Shown here: one piece after another, positions 35,868-46,745 of the stretch
How positions within the stretch are numbered: the first letter of the stretch is position 1
How the letters are laid out: each line of letters opens with the position of its first letter
Source: a bacterium
GTDB lineage: Bacteria; JAJRZV01
Direction: 5' to 3'
Assembly: GCA_024275095.1 (NCBI GenBank)
Contig: JAJRZV010000117.1
Span: 1-62,912, forward strand
DNA length: 62,912 nt
Position numbers and translations under genes: made by a program
The notes under the pieces: model-generated
Database searches by the model: none
Told to the model about the DNA's origin: nothing
What the model saw: only the letters and a program-made list of their open reading frames with translations

Positions 35868-37262
35868 ATGCCGAAGGAAAGCGCATCCGATTCAGTAAAG
35901 CAGCAGCAACCAGGCTTTATAGACACCCTCTGGAATTTCTTCTCGTCTATCAAACTTACCGTTGTGCTTTTAATTGTAATTGCTCTTTTTTCCATGGTTG
36001 GTACTTTTATCCAGCAGAACTCGGATCCTGAGGTATATATACGTCTTTACGGGGAGGCCGGTTATAAACTCATCCGTGTCCTGCAACTGGACAACCTCTA
36101 TTCCGCCTGGTATTTCCAGTTGTTACTTGCATTGTTCATGATGAATTTAATAGTGTGTTCTCTCGAAAGATTCCCCTCGCTGTGGCGCAGTCTCAAGCGC
36201 CTGACGTTGCTGGCCAATCCGGATCACATTATGAAGCAGCCTTTTTCTGCGAAACTTCAATTAGCCGGAAAGACGAATGCTGCATCAAAACTGGAAAGAG
36301 TGCTCATGCAAAGTGGATATAAAGTTGTAAGACTGAACAGCAGCGAGGGCGTTTTTATGGCGTCAGAAAAAGGTCGTATTTCTCGTTTCGGCCCTTATAT
36401 TACACACTTTGGGATAGTTATCACCATTATAGGAGCCATGATAGGAGGAGTGAGAGGGGTTAGAGGGTATGTTGAAATTCCTGAAGGTCAACTGGTGAAC
36501 TATTTTTACGAGAGCGGTACGCACCGGAAAATCGCACTTCCTTTTTACGTAAAATGCGAGGATTTTAAAATCGTTTATTACGACCAGAAGAAGGGCAGGA
36601 TGCCTAAGGACTACTTCTCCAAACTGGCTGTGTATGAAAATGATGAGCTTATTATGAGAAAAACTATTGAAGTAAATGACCCACTCAAATACAAAGGATT
36701 TACCTTTTATCAGGCAAATTATCGCCCGCGCACGTACACGGTGGATATCGAGTTTCAGATTGATTATGAAGGCAGTTCGCCTCGTAAGCTGACGGTGACT
36801 TACGGTGAAGAGTTCTTTTTAAAAAAAGGAATCAAGGCACGTGTTGTAGATTTCTCTGAAAACCTGAATAATATGGGACCTGTAGCCATTCTCGAGATTT
36901 CTCCTGATGGGAATGGTAAAAGCAAGCGCGTGCCCGTATTTGCTCATGCAGGGATATTCAAACATGTAAAAGTAAAGGGTATAAAGGATATTTCCATCAC
37001 CGATTTTCATGTAAAAATTCTTACCTATGCCACAGGATTGCAGGTAAAGAAGGACCCCGGAGTCCCGGTGGTGCTGGTGGGCTTCTGTATTATTTCCCTG
37101 GGTGTGATGTTTTCCCTTGGGATATTCCATAAAAGAATATGGGCTATTGTTCGACCCGGGGGAGACGGCTGGGAAGTGTGTCTCGGGGGCTGGACTTATA
37201 AAAATCGTGGCGGTTTCGAGCGCCATTTTCAGGAAATTGTATCCAGGTTGCAGCAGGAGTAA
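35868..37262 (+). CDS. resB: cytochrome c biogenesis protein ResB/Ccs1 (system II)
   Basis: 464 aa with RBS AAGGAGAAA. The N-terminus LWNFFSSIKLTVVLLIVIALFSMVGTFIQQ is typical of ResB. A large soluble loop and a C-terminal TM follow. No CcsA/ResC gene follows it. Confidence 0.75.
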   Translation: MPKESASDSVKQQQPGFIDTLWNFFSSIKLTVVLLIVIALFSMVGTFIQQNSDPEVYIRLYGEAGYKLIRVLQLDNLYSAWYFQLLLALFMMNLIVCSLERFPSLWRSLKRLTLLANPDHIMKQPFSAKLQLAGKTNAASKLERVLMQSGYKVVRLNSSEGVFMASEKGRISRFGPYITHFGIVITIIGAMIGGVRGVRGYVEIPEGQLVNYFYESGTHRKIALPFYVKCEDFKIVYYDQKKGRMPKDYFSKLAVYENDELIMRKTIEVNDPLKYKGFTFYQANYRPRTYTVDIEFQIDYEGSSPRKLTVTYGEEFFLKKGIKARVVDFSENLNNMGPVAILEISPDGNGKSKRVPVFAHAGIFKHVKVKGIKDISITDFHVKILTYATGLQVKKDPGVPVVLVGFCIISLGVMFSLGIFHKRIWAIVRPGGDGWEVCLGGWTYKNRGGFERHFQEIVSRLQQE

Positions 37263-37311
37263 CTTGAACAGAAGAACTTATTTTTTTATTCATCAGGTGG
37301 TGTGGGCGGCC

Positions 37312-37743
37312 ATGGGGATATGGTGCCTGGTGGCATGGTACTTGGCTGCAACATTAAGGCCTGTTGAAGGCGTCAATGCACCACCTGTGATTGGATGGGT
37401 ACTTATCTGTACGGCTGTGATTGAAGCTGTTGTTGTGTTGATTTTCAGGTATCGTGTTTTTACTCCTCAACGCCTGGTAACAAAGGTTGAAAAAGAAAGT
37501 CCTGAAAAAAGTGCAGCAGCTGCTGTTTTGAGCACTGATACAGTTTTGTGGGCAATCGCGGCGAGTATTCCTCTATACGGCCTGTTCGGTGTACTTCTGG
37601 GTGCAATGAGTGAGGAGTTTCACATCCTCCCTATTATGGCTCTGGGTCTGATATTTTTCACGAGGCGTGATTCTCAAGATTTTGATAATATGATTCAGGA
37701 AATACTCAAGGATTATTACAGTCGCAACGAGCATTCTGACTGA
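37312..37743 (+). CDS. hypothetical membrane protein (4 predicted TM helices)
   Basis: Hydrophobic segments, no recognisable motif, and no CcsA WWD signature. The start is uncertain (ATG 37312 or GTG 37297). Confidence 0.4.
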   Translation: MGIWCLVAWYLAATLRPVEGVNAPPVIGWVLICTAVIEAVVVLIFRYRVFTPQRLVTKVEKESPEKSAAAAVLSTDTVLWAIAASIPLYGLFGVLLGAMSEEFHILPIMALGLIFFTRRDSQDFDNMIQEILKDYYSRNEHSD

Positions 37744-37768
37744 TGCATCCACTGGAGGTATCTCATTA

Positions 37769-38452
37769 ATGAATTCTACCTTGGTTGTATGTATTCGCGA
37801 GGGTAATATCCACGAGGTGCTGGAGCACCTTCGCTCAGGTTTGTGCCACTGGGCAGAGGTAAGAGCAGATTTGTTTCCACCTGACAAACGCGAACAGGTT
37901 GTTTTTTCCCTCTGCAGGGATATTCAGGATGCAGGTGGAAAGGTTATTTTTACAGCACGCCATGTATCAGAAGGCGGCCGAATGGAAAATGCTGAGAGAA
38001 TTCCCCTTTACCTTCAATGTATAAAAATTGTGGACGCGGTTGACGTGGAGGTATCCCAGCAGGAAACATTAAGAGAAGTAGTAGATTCAGCTCGTGCAGC
38101 TGGTAAAAATGTCATATTTTCATATCATAACTTTACTGAGACCCCCACACCCGCAGAACTCGAGACCGTTATGGAGGCTGTGGATAGAAAAAAGGGCGAA
38201 ATATTCAAGGTGGCCTCGATGGTGAAAAATCGGGAAGATGCTCTAAGGCTTGTCAGATTTACCATAGCTCATGCATCCGAAAATGTGGCTGTTATGGGTA
38301 TGGGCGAAAAAGCCCGGTGGACACGGTTTGTGCTCCCGATTCTTGGTTCCCGCCTCGCTTACGCTTCTTCAGGTGAAGGCACGGCTCCTGGTCAACCGTC
38401 GTTGATGGAATATATTGAAGCGGGCAGGCTTCTGGGGATAGATTGGGCGTGA
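37769..38452 (+). CDS. aroD: 3-dehydroquinate dehydratase, type I
   Basis: 227 aa with EVRADLF and a Schiff-base Lys region (EIFKVASM). The length and pattern fit AroD. Confidence 0.7.
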   Translation: MNSTLVVCIREGNIHEVLEHLRSGLCHWAEVRADLFPPDKREQVVFSLCRDIQDAGGKVIFTARHVSEGGRMENAERIPLYLQCIKIVDAVDVEVSQQETLREVVDSARAAGKNVIFSYHNFTETPTPAELETVMEAVDRKKGEIFKVASMVKNREDALRLVRFTIAHASENVAVMGMGEKARWTRFVLPILGSRLAYASSGEGTAPGQPSLMEYIEAGRLLGIDWA

Positions 38453-38453
38453 A

Positions 38454-39149
38454 ATGAAGGGCAGGAAGAGAATTACTTTTGGTGTGGTCATTTTTCCCGG
38501 TACCAATTGCGATCGTGATACCTATCACGCGGTAGAAGCACTGGGTTACAGAGCTCGCTATCTCTGGCACGTTGCCCGGGGGATACCCCAGGATGTACAG
38601 TGTGTAATTTTGCCCGGAGGATTTTCATACGGAGATTATCTGCGGGCAGGGGCCATAGCCAAATTCGCAAGGATCATGGATGCTGTGACAGAGTTTGCAG
38701 ACAGGGGTGGACTTGTCCTCGGTATATGCAATGGTTTCCAGATTCTGGTTGAAAGCGGACTGCTTCCCGGAGCGTTGCTTCAAAATGTAAATTTACGCTT
38801 TATCTGTGAACACGTGTATATTCTGCCTCAGAGATTCGATACACCTTTTACCTGTGCTATACCTGAAGGTAGACCACTCAGAATACCTATTGCCCATATT
38901 CAGGGTCGCTATACGTACGGATCGCAAAAGGAGAAAACCTGTGCTCTTTTCTGTTATTGTGACAGGAACGGAAATATTACCGGCGATGCAAACCCAAATG
39001 GTTCAGAAGATAATATAGCAGGCATTGTTGCGCCGGGTAGGCTGAATGTTGCCGGCATGATGCCTCATCCCGAGCGGGCGGCGGAGATTGTGCTCGGGAG
39101 CAACGACGGTGCATGGATATTCAGATCTGTTGAGAGGTGGTTGAGCTAA
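38454..39149 (+). CDS. purQ: phosphoribosylformylglycinamidine synthase, glutaminase subunit
   Basis: 231 aa with [12 protein letters not shown], the nucleophile LGICNGFQ, and MMPHPER. Confidence 0.9.
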   Translation: MKGRKRITFGVVIFPGTNCDRDTYHAVEALGYRARYLWHVARGIPQDVQCVILPGGFSYGDYLRAGAIAKFARIMDAVTEFADRGGLVLGICNGFQILVESGLLPGALLQNVNLRFICEHVYILPQRFDTPFTCAIPEGRPLRIPIAHIQGRYTYGSQKEKTCALFCYCDRNGNITGDANPNGSEDNIAGIVAPGRLNVAGMMPHPERAAEIVLGSNDGAWIFRSVERWLS

Positions 39150-41371
39150 TGGCACAAAAGGATATTAATCCACGCCATAAAGCACTGTGCAAAGCTCTTG
39201 CAATGAAAGAGGAGGAATACTGGCGCCTTGTGCGTCTGCTCGGGCGGGAGCCGACGGAAACAGAATTGGGGATGACTGCTGCACTGTGGAGTGAGCATTG
39301 CAGTTACAAATCTTCGCGCCTGCACCTTCGTAAATTTCCCCGCAAGAGCTGGCGTGTTCTTGCTGGTCCAGGAGAAAACGCGGGCGCTGTTGATATTGGA
39401 GACGGATATGCCGTTGTGTTTAAGATGGAGAGCCACAACCACCCTTCTTTCATAGAGCCGTTTCACGGTGCTGCTACAGGTGTCGGGGGAATTTTGAGAG
39501 ACATATTCGCCATGGGTGCAAGACCGGTTGCACTGCTGGATTCATTGCGTTTTGGTAACTTGGATAACTCCCGCATGAAGTACTTAGTGGATGGGGTTGT
39601 CTCCGGCATTGCTTTTTATGGAAATTGCGTTGGTGTTCCCACGATTGGAGGTGAAACGGATTTTGACCCTTCTTATAACGGCAACATTCTTGTGAATGTG
39701 ATGTGTGTGGGCGTGGTGAAACATGAACGTATCCAGTCTGCACGCGCTGAGGGTCCTGGTAATCCAGTGATTTATGTAGGCTCGAAAACGGGTAGGGACG
39801 GTATTGGCGGTGCCACCATGGCCTCGGAGGAATTTTCCGATGAGACTGAAGAAAAACGGCCCTCGGTACAAATTGGAGATCCGTTTACCGAGAAACTGTT
39901 GATCGAAGCATGCCTTGAAGCTTACGAAAAGGATCTTGTCGTGGCTGTCCAGGATATGGGGGCTGCGGGTCTGACATCTTCTTCATCAGAGATGGCCGCG
40001 AAGGGAGGAGTGGGGATTGAACTGGATCTGGATCGTGTTCCTCTGCGGGAAAAAGGCATGAATGCCGTGGAAATAATGATTTCCGAGTCCCAGGAAAGGA
40101 TGCTCATTATCGGGAGAAAAGGTGAAGAACGCCGGCTTATTCGACTTTTCAAAAAGTGGGGTCTGGATGCTGTCGTTGTTGGCCGCGTAACGGATTCCGG
40201 CAAGATCGTGGTGAAACACAAAGGCCGTGTTGTAGCTGACATGCCGGCAAGTATTTTGGTGGATGATGCACCTCTTTACCGCAGACCCGTGAAAGAACCT
40301 TCCTATCTACACGAACTGAGGGAATTTGATGTTTTTTCCCTGCCGGAACCGCGTGACCTTAAAAACGTTTTCGAGAAACTCCTCGCCTGGCCGGGTATTG
40401 CTTCGCGTCAGTGGGTCTACAGACAATACGATCATATGGTCGGGACTGACACGGTGGTTCTTCCAGGCTCTGATGCGGCGGTTTTACGCGTAAAAGGTAT
40501 TAAACAGGCACTTGGTGTCACTTCGGACTGTACCCCGAGGTACTGTTATTTAGACCCTTTTACAGGCGGCATGCAGGCGGTGGCAGAAGCCGCGCGTAAC
40601 CTTGCATGTGTAGGGGCCAAACCCATTGGTATTACAGACTGTCTTAATTTTGGTAATCCTGAAAAACCTGAAGTAATGTGGCAGTTTGTGAAATCAATTG
40701 AAGGAATGTCGAAAGCCCTGAGATATTTCCAGATACCTGTGGTCAGCGGCAATGTAAGCTTTTATAACGAAAACGAAGCTCTGGGCGCTGCTGTCCATCC
40801 TACTCCCACGGTGGGTATGGTGGGTATTGTAGAAGATGTAAATAAGATTGTTCCTGCCTGGTTCACCGAAGAAGAACACGCCATCATTTTGCTTGGGTCT
40901 CCAGGAGAGCAACTGGGAGGGAGTCTTTACCTGAAGGTTGTACATAACCTTGTGGCAGGTGAGCCTCCTGAAGTGGATTTGAAAGCGGAAAAGGCTTTGC
41001 AGAGAACCCTGAGAGAACTCCTATCCAGATGCCTTGTCAGTGCAGTTCACGATGTTTCAGATGGAGGGCTTGCTATTGCGCTTGCCGAATGCAGTGTTGC
41101 GTCTTCAGATGCCGTGGGTTTCAGCGTCGAGGTGCCGGTGTATCTTCGTGCCGATGCTGCACTTTTCGGCGAAGTGCAGGCCAGGGCCGTTGTGGCCTGT
41201 GAGCCTGAAAACACCTATGATGTGATGAGAATAGCGCGCAAGCATGGTATTACCGCTCGATTTCTGGGCACAACGGGTGGTAGATATCTGGATTTCAAAG
41301 GTATGTTCCGAATTTCTCAAAAGAGAGCTCGCCGTATATGGGCTGAAGCATTTGAGAGGGTGCTCAGATAA
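39149..41371 (+). CDS. purL: phosphoribosylformylglycinamidine synthase subunit PurL
   Basis: 740 aa counted from the ATG at 39149 (TAATG overlap with purQ). Motifs [17 protein letters not shown] and GNVSFYNE. Confidence 0.92.
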   Translation: MAQKDINPRHKALCKALAMKEEEYWRLVRLLGREPTETELGMTAALWSEHCSYKSSRLHLRKFPRKSWRVLAGPGENAGAVDIGDGYAVVFKMESHNHPSFIEPFHGAATGVGGILRDIFAMGARPVALLDSLRFGNLDNSRMKYLVDGVVSGIAFYGNCVGVPTIGGETDFDPSYNGNILVNVMCVGVVKHERIQSARAEGPGNPVIYVGSKTGRDGIGGATMASEEFSDETEEKRPSVQIGDPFTEKLLIEACLEAYEKDLVVAVQDMGAAGLTSSSSEMAAKGGVGIELDLDRVPLREKGMNAVEIMISESQERMLIIGRKGEERRLIRLFKKWGLDAVVVGRVTDSGKIVVKHKGRVVADMPASILVDDAPLYRRPVKEPSYLHELREFDVFSLPEPRDLKNVFEKLLAWPGIASRQWVYRQYDHMVGTDTVVLPGSDAAVLRVKGIKQALGVTSDCTPRYCYLDPFTGGMQAVAEAARNLACVGAKPIGITDCLNFGNPEKPEVMWQFVKSIEGMSKALRYFQIPVVSGNVSFYNENEALGAAVHPTPTVGMVGIVEDVNKIVPAWFTEEEHAIILLGSPGEQLGGSLYLKVVHNLVAGEPPEVDLKAEKALQRTLRELLSRCLVSAVHDVSDGGLAIALAECSVASSDAVGFSVEVPVYLRADAALFGEVQARAVVACEPENTYDVMRIARKHGITARFLGTTGGRYLDFKGMFRISQKRARRIWAEAFERVLR

Positions 41372-41431
41372 TCCCTTTCTGTTCTTGAACTCACTGCAAT
41401 GCAGTGTTAATTTCAAGCACGTTTTAATGCC

Positions 41432-42994
41432 ATGAAAGTAAACGGTAGAAAAATTAGGTGGGCAGGTCCAGGAGATGTTAACGCTTTTTTCGGGCTCATG
41501 CTGGATAACGTATCCAATCTCATTATCTTAGCGTCACTGCTTACAGGTGTATTTGGTATGCCACGTGAGCTGGTGCTTTACCGGATGATTCCGGGTTCAG
41601 CTCTCGGTGTGCTTGTAGGAGACCTCATATACACCTGGATGGCTTTCCGTCTGGCAGCCAAGACAGGACGCAGCGATGTAACAGCCATGCCTTTAGGGTT
41701 AGATACGCCTTCACTGTTCGGTGTGGCTCTGGGCATCGTGGGCCCGGTATACATGGACACCGGGGATGCCCACCTTGCGTGGCAGGTTGGCATGGCTTCT
41801 GTGGTGATTATGGGAGTGGTGAAGGTCATTCTTTCCTTTTTCGGTGAGCGGGTGAGGGCGGCTGTTCCCCGGGCAGGACTCCTCGGGTCCATTGCCGGAA
41901 TTGCCATTTTGCTGATCGCCTTTTTACCGCTTCTTAAAATTTTCGAAACTCCGGTGGCGGGACTTGTGTCTCTCGGCGTGGTTTTTGCCACCCTTATTGC
42001 AGGTTTGCGACTTCCACTTGGAATACCCGGTGCCTTCGGAGCTGTTCTGGCGGGTACGGGAGTTTACTATCTTGCCGGAGTCCTGGGAGGAGGACTGCCT
42101 TCTTCTCCGGAAATTGCAGTGATACATGTGTCTCTACCACTGCCCAGCGGTGAGTTCCTCGGGGGAATGAAGGACGCTATCAAATATGCATCCCTGTCCA
42201 TTCCATTTGCGGTGGCAACCGTCATAGGGGGTATTGATGTAACCGAGTCTGCAGCTGTAGCTGGTGACGATTATGATACGCGTGAGATACTCCTGGCAGA
42301 AGGCATTGCCACTTTAATTGCAGGCCTGTGTGGTGGTGTTATTCAGAGTACCCCTTATATCGGGCATCCGGCATACAAAAAGATGGGGGGCAGGGCAGGT
42401 TACACGCTTGCCACGGCCCTCTTTATAGGTATAGGCGGGATGGTGGGTTTCCTGCCGTACGTGATTTCGATTATCCCGGAGGCAGCGGTGGCTCCCATAC
42501 TCGTGTTCATTGGTGTTGAAATCATGACCCAGGCATACGCGGCTACTCCACGAGAGCACTATCAGGCACTTTCCATTTCGCTGTTGCCGTCAGCGGCTTA
42601 CCTTGTATGTATAGAGGTAAAACAGTTTATTGCATGGTCAGGTGCGTCTGTACAGGCACTTCCTCCTGTGGCTGTGAAAACCCTGTCCGTGCTATACGTG
42701 TTAAGTAACGGGTTTATACTTACTGCATTGCTGTGGGGTGGCGCCTTTGCCCATTTATCTTCCGGGGATAGGCGTCGCGCTTTTGTTTACACAATCGTAC
42801 TTGCCGGACTTTCGCTGTTTGGTGTCATACACTCGGTAATGGAGAATGGAGCACTTTATCTTCCGTGGAAAGCAGGTTCATCTATTCCTTTTGTGCTGGC
42901 ACTGTCCTACCTGTTTATGGGAGCGAGTTTTTATCTTGCAAAAAAGGAGAGGGCTGATGGAAGAGTTGCAGCGTATTCTCGCCTCACACGATGA
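41432..42994 (+). CDS. NCS2/AzgA-type nucleobase permease-like transporter
   Basis: 520 aa with about 12-13 TM segments. The N-terminal GDVNAFFGLMLDNVSNL is typical of the xanthine/uracil-permease-like family. It sits next to the pur genes. Confidence 0.55.
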   Translation: MKVNGRKIRWAGPGDVNAFFGLMLDNVSNLIILASLLTGVFGMPRELVLYRMIPGSALGVLVGDLIYTWMAFRLAAKTGRSDVTAMPLGLDTPSLFGVALGIVGPVYMDTGDAHLAWQVGMASVVIMGVVKVILSFFGERVRAAVPRAGLLGSIAGIAILLIAFLPLLKIFETPVAGLVSLGVVFATLIAGLRLPLGIPGAFGAVLAGTGVYYLAGVLGGGLPSSPEIAVIHVSLPLPSGEFLGGMKDAIKYASLSIPFAVATVIGGIDVTESAAVAGDDYDTREILLAEGIATLIAGLCGGVIQSTPYIGHPAYKKMGGRAGYTLATALFIGIGGMVGFLPYVISIIPEAAVAPILVFIGVEIMTQAYAATPREHYQALSISLLPSAAYLVCIEVKQFIAWSGASVQALPPVAVKTLSVLYVLSNGFILTALLWGGAFAHLSSGDRRRAFVYTIVLAGLSLFGVIHSVMENGALYLPWKAGSSIPFVLALSYLFMGASFYLAKKERADGRVAAYSRLTR

Positions 42995-44465
42995 GTTTTT
43001 TCGCATCCGTTACAGGAAACTCCAGGAACTTAAAGAAATGGGTTATGACCCTCAAGCGGCTCACTTCAAACCCACACACTCCAGTACAGCTGTATTTGAT
43101 GAGGCAGGATCACTTAGCGCTGAAGAATTGGAAGCTCGTAAAATTCGGGTGGCTGTGGCTGGGCGTGTTATCGCCATGCGCCAGTTTGGCAAAGCCTCTT
43201 TTTTTCATTTGCTGGATGGTACAGGCAAAATCCAGGGTTTCATAGAAATCAGAACAGCCGGAGAAGATGCCTTCAAGGCCTTTAAAAAAATTGACATCGG
43301 GGACATTATCGGAGTGGAAGGCTATCTTTTCCGTACGCGAACAGGTGAACTCACAGTTAATACGGAACATTTTTATCTTTTGACCAAATCCCTGAGACCT
43401 CTCCCGGAAAAATGGCATGGTTTGCAGGATGTGGAAATAAGGTATCGTCAGCGGTACCTTGACCTCATCGCCAATCCGGAGGTCAGGGAAATATTCAGAA
43501 AACGCTCGCGTATAATTGCGTACATTCGACATTTCTTTCAAGACAGACAATTCTTGGAAGTTGATACTCCAACAATGCAGGTAATACCTGGCGGGGCAGC
43601 AGCAAAGCCCTTTGTAACATATCACAACGTACTGGACATGAACCTTTATCTGCGCATTGCTCCTGAACTTTACCTCAAGCGACTTCTCGTGGGAGGCTTT
43701 GAAAGGGTATTCGAGATTGGAAAGAATTTCCGCAACGAAGGAGTCTCGAGCGTTCACAACCCGGAATTTACCATGATGGAATTTTACATGGCATACTCCG
43801 ACTACAATGACCTCATGAACATGACAGAGGAACTTTTGAGCAGTCTTGTGAAGGAACTTTACAACAGCTATACATTTGAATATCAGGGAATTGAAATTGA
43901 TGTAACTCCTCCTTTTAAACGCATCACTTTTCTCGAAAGTCTTACGAGTATAGGCGGTGTTGATTCAGAAATTGTAAACTCCAGAGAACGCGCTTTAAAA
44001 TTGGCCCGGGAGATGGGAGCTAAGCTAAGGGATGACTCGCCTCATGGCAAGGTGCTGGAGGAAATTTTTGAAAGAACTGTTCAACCCCACCTGCAGAATC
44101 CAACGTTTGTGGTTGACTTCCCTGTGGACATTTCTCCGCTTGCGAAAAGAAAGCCGGATAACCCTGAACTGGTGGAAAGGTTCGAGCTGTACCTTGCAGG
44201 CCTCGAGGTGGCCAATGCCTTTTCAGAACTTAATGATCCTATTGACCAGCGTTTGCGTTTTGAGGAACAGGCAAAATTGCGTTCAAGCGGTGATGATGAA
44301 GCACACGCATTTGACGAGGATTTTATCACTGCCCTTGAATACGGAATGCCGCCTGCAGCAGGTGAAGGCATAGGCATTGACAGGCTTGTGATGATACTGA
44401 CCGACTCGCGAAGCATCCGCGAGGTCATCCTTTTTCCTCACCTGCGAAAGAGGCCGCAGGAATGA
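42957..44465 (+). CDS. lysS: lysine--tRNA ligase (class II)
   Basis: ATG at 42957 with RBS AAGGAGAGG. OB-fold N-domain and class II motifs (FRNEGVSSVHNPEFTMMEFY, GIGIDRLVM). Confidence 0.92.
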   Translation: MEELQRILASHDEFFRIRYRKLQELKEMGYDPQAAHFKPTHSSTAVFDEAGSLSAEELEARKIRVAVAGRVIAMRQFGKASFFHLLDGTGKIQGFIEIRTAGEDAFKAFKKIDIGDIIGVEGYLFRTRTGELTVNTEHFYLLTKSLRPLPEKWHGLQDVEIRYRQRYLDLIANPEVREIFRKRSRIIAYIRHFFQDRQFLEVDTPTMQVIPGGAAAKPFVTYHNVLDMNLYLRIAPELYLKRLLVGGFERVFEIGKNFRNEGVSSVHNPEFTMMEFYMAYSDYNDLMNMTEELLSSLVKELYNSYTFEYQGIEIDVTPPFKRITFLESLTSIGGVDSEIVNSRERALKLAREMGAKLRDDSPHGKVLEEIFERTVQPHLQNPTFVVDFPVDISPLAKRKPDNPELVERFELYLAGLEVANAFSELNDPIDQRLRFEEQAKLRSSGDDEAHAFDEDFITALEYGMPPAAGEGIGIDRLVMILTDSRSIREVILFPHLRKRPQE

Positions 44466-45691
44466 GAACAGAGTTATTTATAGCCCTGCGGTATTTACGA
44501 GCGCGCAAAAGAGAGCGTTTTATTTCTTTTGTGAGTTTGATGGCATTTACCGGTGTTTTTATAGGGGTTTTGACCATGATCGTGGTTCTTTCGGTGGCTT
44601 CTGGATTTGAGGAAGACCTCAAGGAAAAGATTCTGGGCTTCAATGCTCATATCGTGGTATTCCGCCTGGGAGGACAATTTACAAACTATATGGATGTTGC
44701 TGACAAGATTGAAACCGTGCCGGGAGTGGTCGCAGCGAGTCCGTTTATCATGTCTCAGGGATTGCTCTCGGGCGGAGGCGGGGTCAGCGGGGTCGTTGTT
44801 TATGGTATATTCCCGGAAAGGGCCTCGAAAGTGCTTGCTATACGCCAGGCCATCATGCGCGGCAAAGGGGACATTATGCAGATTGGAAAGGGTGATCCTC
44901 CGGGTATCGCCATCGGCAAGGAGCTTGCAAAACTTACCTCTACTTATGTCGGCGATGTGGTGACCCTTGTCTCTCCCAAGGGGAGTGCAACGCCTCTGGG
45001 TAACATTCCAAGGTTTAAAAAATTTCGCGTGGTTGCACAGTTTGATGCGGGAATGTATGAGTACGATTCCTCCTTTGTGTTTGCTCACATCAGGGATGTA
45101 CAGCGTTTTTTTGACATGGGAGACGAGGTATCAGGTATTGATGTGCGCGTAAAGGACCCTGATGATGCCGGGACCATCGCTGATAACATCAAAGCAGTGA
45201 TTGGATTTCCCCGGTACTACACCAAGACGTGGATGGATATGAACAGGAGCCTTTTCACGGCATTACGCCTGGAAAAAATTGTGTTCTTTATTATCCTTAC
45301 GCTGATTGTGCTTGTCGCTTCTTTCAACATCATAACAACGCTGACGATGACGGTGATGGAAAAGCAGAAAGACATCGCCATTTTAAGAGCAATGGGAGCA
45401 TCTCGCTCTACCGTATTGCGTATATTTCTGCTTCAGGGAATGCTCATCGGTCTCGTGGGAGAGGTGCTGGGACTCGCGGCCGGGCTGGGAGCATGTTATT
45501 TGCTCAGCAGGTACCAATTCATTCATCTGCCTCAGGATGTATATTACATATCTAATTTGCCGGTGAAAGTGGAACCGCTTACTGTAGTGCTTATTGCACT
45601 TGTCGCATTTGTGCTTGTACTGCTTGCATCACTTTATCCTGCAAGGAGGGCTGCATCATCAGTACCCTCTGAAATTCTGCGTTATGAGTAA
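44462..45691 (+). CDS. lipoprotein-releasing system permease, LolC/LolE family (FtsX-like)
   Basis: 409 aa. The N-terminus ELFIALRYLRARKRERFISF is typical of LolC/E. A periplasmic domain and a C-terminal FtsX 3-TM bundle follow. Confidence 0.85.
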   Translation: MRTELFIALRYLRARKRERFISFVSLMAFTGVFIGVLTMIVVLSVASGFEEDLKEKILGFNAHIVVFRLGGQFTNYMDVADKIETVPGVVAASPFIMSQGLLSGGGGVSGVVVYGIFPERASKVLAIRQAIMRGKGDIMQIGKGDPPGIAIGKELAKLTSTYVGDVVTLVSPKGSATPLGNIPRFKKFRVVAQFDAGMYEYDSSFVFAHIRDVQRFFDMGDEVSGIDVRVKDPDDAGTIADNIKAVIGFPRYYTKTWMDMNRSLFTALRLEKIVFFIILTLIVLVASFNIITTLTMTVMEKQKDIAILRAMGASRSTVLRIFLLQGMLIGLVGEVLGLAAGLGACYLLSRYQFIHLPQDVYYISNLPVKVEPLTVVLIALVAFVLVLLASLYPARRAASSVPSEILRYE

Positions 45692-46745
45692 TTTCCCCAG
45701 CGGTTCCATATCTTTTCTTGAACACAGGGTTTATCGGGATTTTCCAGGTGGTGCTGTTGTCGTAGCGAGAGATGGAAACGTTTTGTATGAAGAGTACGGG
45801 GGGGCCTCCCGACTCATCCCCTCTGTTAAAAGCGTAAAAAGCGGTACACTGTTTGACCTTGCATCCGTGACAAAGCCGCTGGTTACAGGGAAGCTCTGGG
45901 CAGTGCTTTGTCAGAAGGGTCTTGTGGACTGGGATATGCGAGTAGGAGATGTCTTCCGTCATGGAAACACAGCATTGCTGGATGTGAAATTGACAGAACT
46001 GTTGGGACACACCGGCGGCCTCCCCGGGTATCTTCCACTGTACAAAGCAGTGCCTCTCTCCCGGTGGGGTACGGAGGAAGCGAAGGAGATTTTTATCAAA
46101 AAGATACTTTCTCATGAGCCGCGTACCAGGGGACACAGGGTCTACAGTGATTTGGGATTTATGTTGCTTGGGTTTGCATTTGAGAAAGTGACCGGGGAAA
46201 CACTTGAAGAACTTTTCGAAAAATATGTCTTGAATGCACTTTCCGGATGCAGAATGGTCGGTCTGGGTGGATGCAGCGGCGGATATGAGTGTGCAGCTAC
46301 GGAACTTTCCCTTATGGAGGGGAGAGTTCTTGAGGGCGAGGTGCACGATGAAAATGCCAGGGCCCTTGGGGGACTTGCCGGTCATGCAGGGCTTTTCGCC
46401 TCTGCTCGTGATACCATGATACTTGCGACGGAGTGGCTTTTCGCTTTAAAGGGCAGGGGCAGGATTATGAGCAGGAGCGTATGCGAACGCATGCTCTTTC
46501 ACCAGGATGGATATCCGCTTGCATGGGACATACCCGAGGGGCCTCATTCTATTTACGGAAGTCTTCCCCCTGGAACATTTGCACATGCGGGGTTTACGGG
46601 CACCACTGTTGCCATTCGTCCCGAGACAGGGCTGTGTGTTGTGTTCCTGACCAACAGGGTTCATCCTTCGCGACTTTCCTATAATTTTCGATCTACCAGG
46701 CGCGAAGTAATGGAGGAAATTTTCCGCACGTGGGAGGTACAGTGA
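45684..46745 (+). CDS. serine hydrolase, class C beta-lactamase/PBP4*-like family
   Basis: ATG at 45684 (ATGAGTAA overlap with the lolC/E-like stop). S-x-x-K motif LASVTKP. YSD and HAGFTG motifs. Confidence 0.75.
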   Translation: MSNFPSGSISFLEHRVYRDFPGGAVVVARDGNVLYEEYGGASRLIPSVKSVKSGTLFDLASVTKPLVTGKLWAVLCQKGLVDWDMRVGDVFRHGNTALLDVKLTELLGHTGGLPGYLPLYKAVPLSRWGTEEAKEIFIKKILSHEPRTRGHRVYSDLGFMLLGFAFEKVTGETLEELFEKYVLNALSGCRMVGLGGCSGGYECAATELSLMEGRVLEGEVHDENARALGGLAGHAGLFASARDTMILATEWLFALKGRGRIMSRSVCERMLFHQDGYPLAWDIPEGPHSIYGSLPPGTFAHAGFTGTTVAIRPETGLCVVFLTNRVHPSRLSYNFRSTRREVMEEIFRTWEVQ

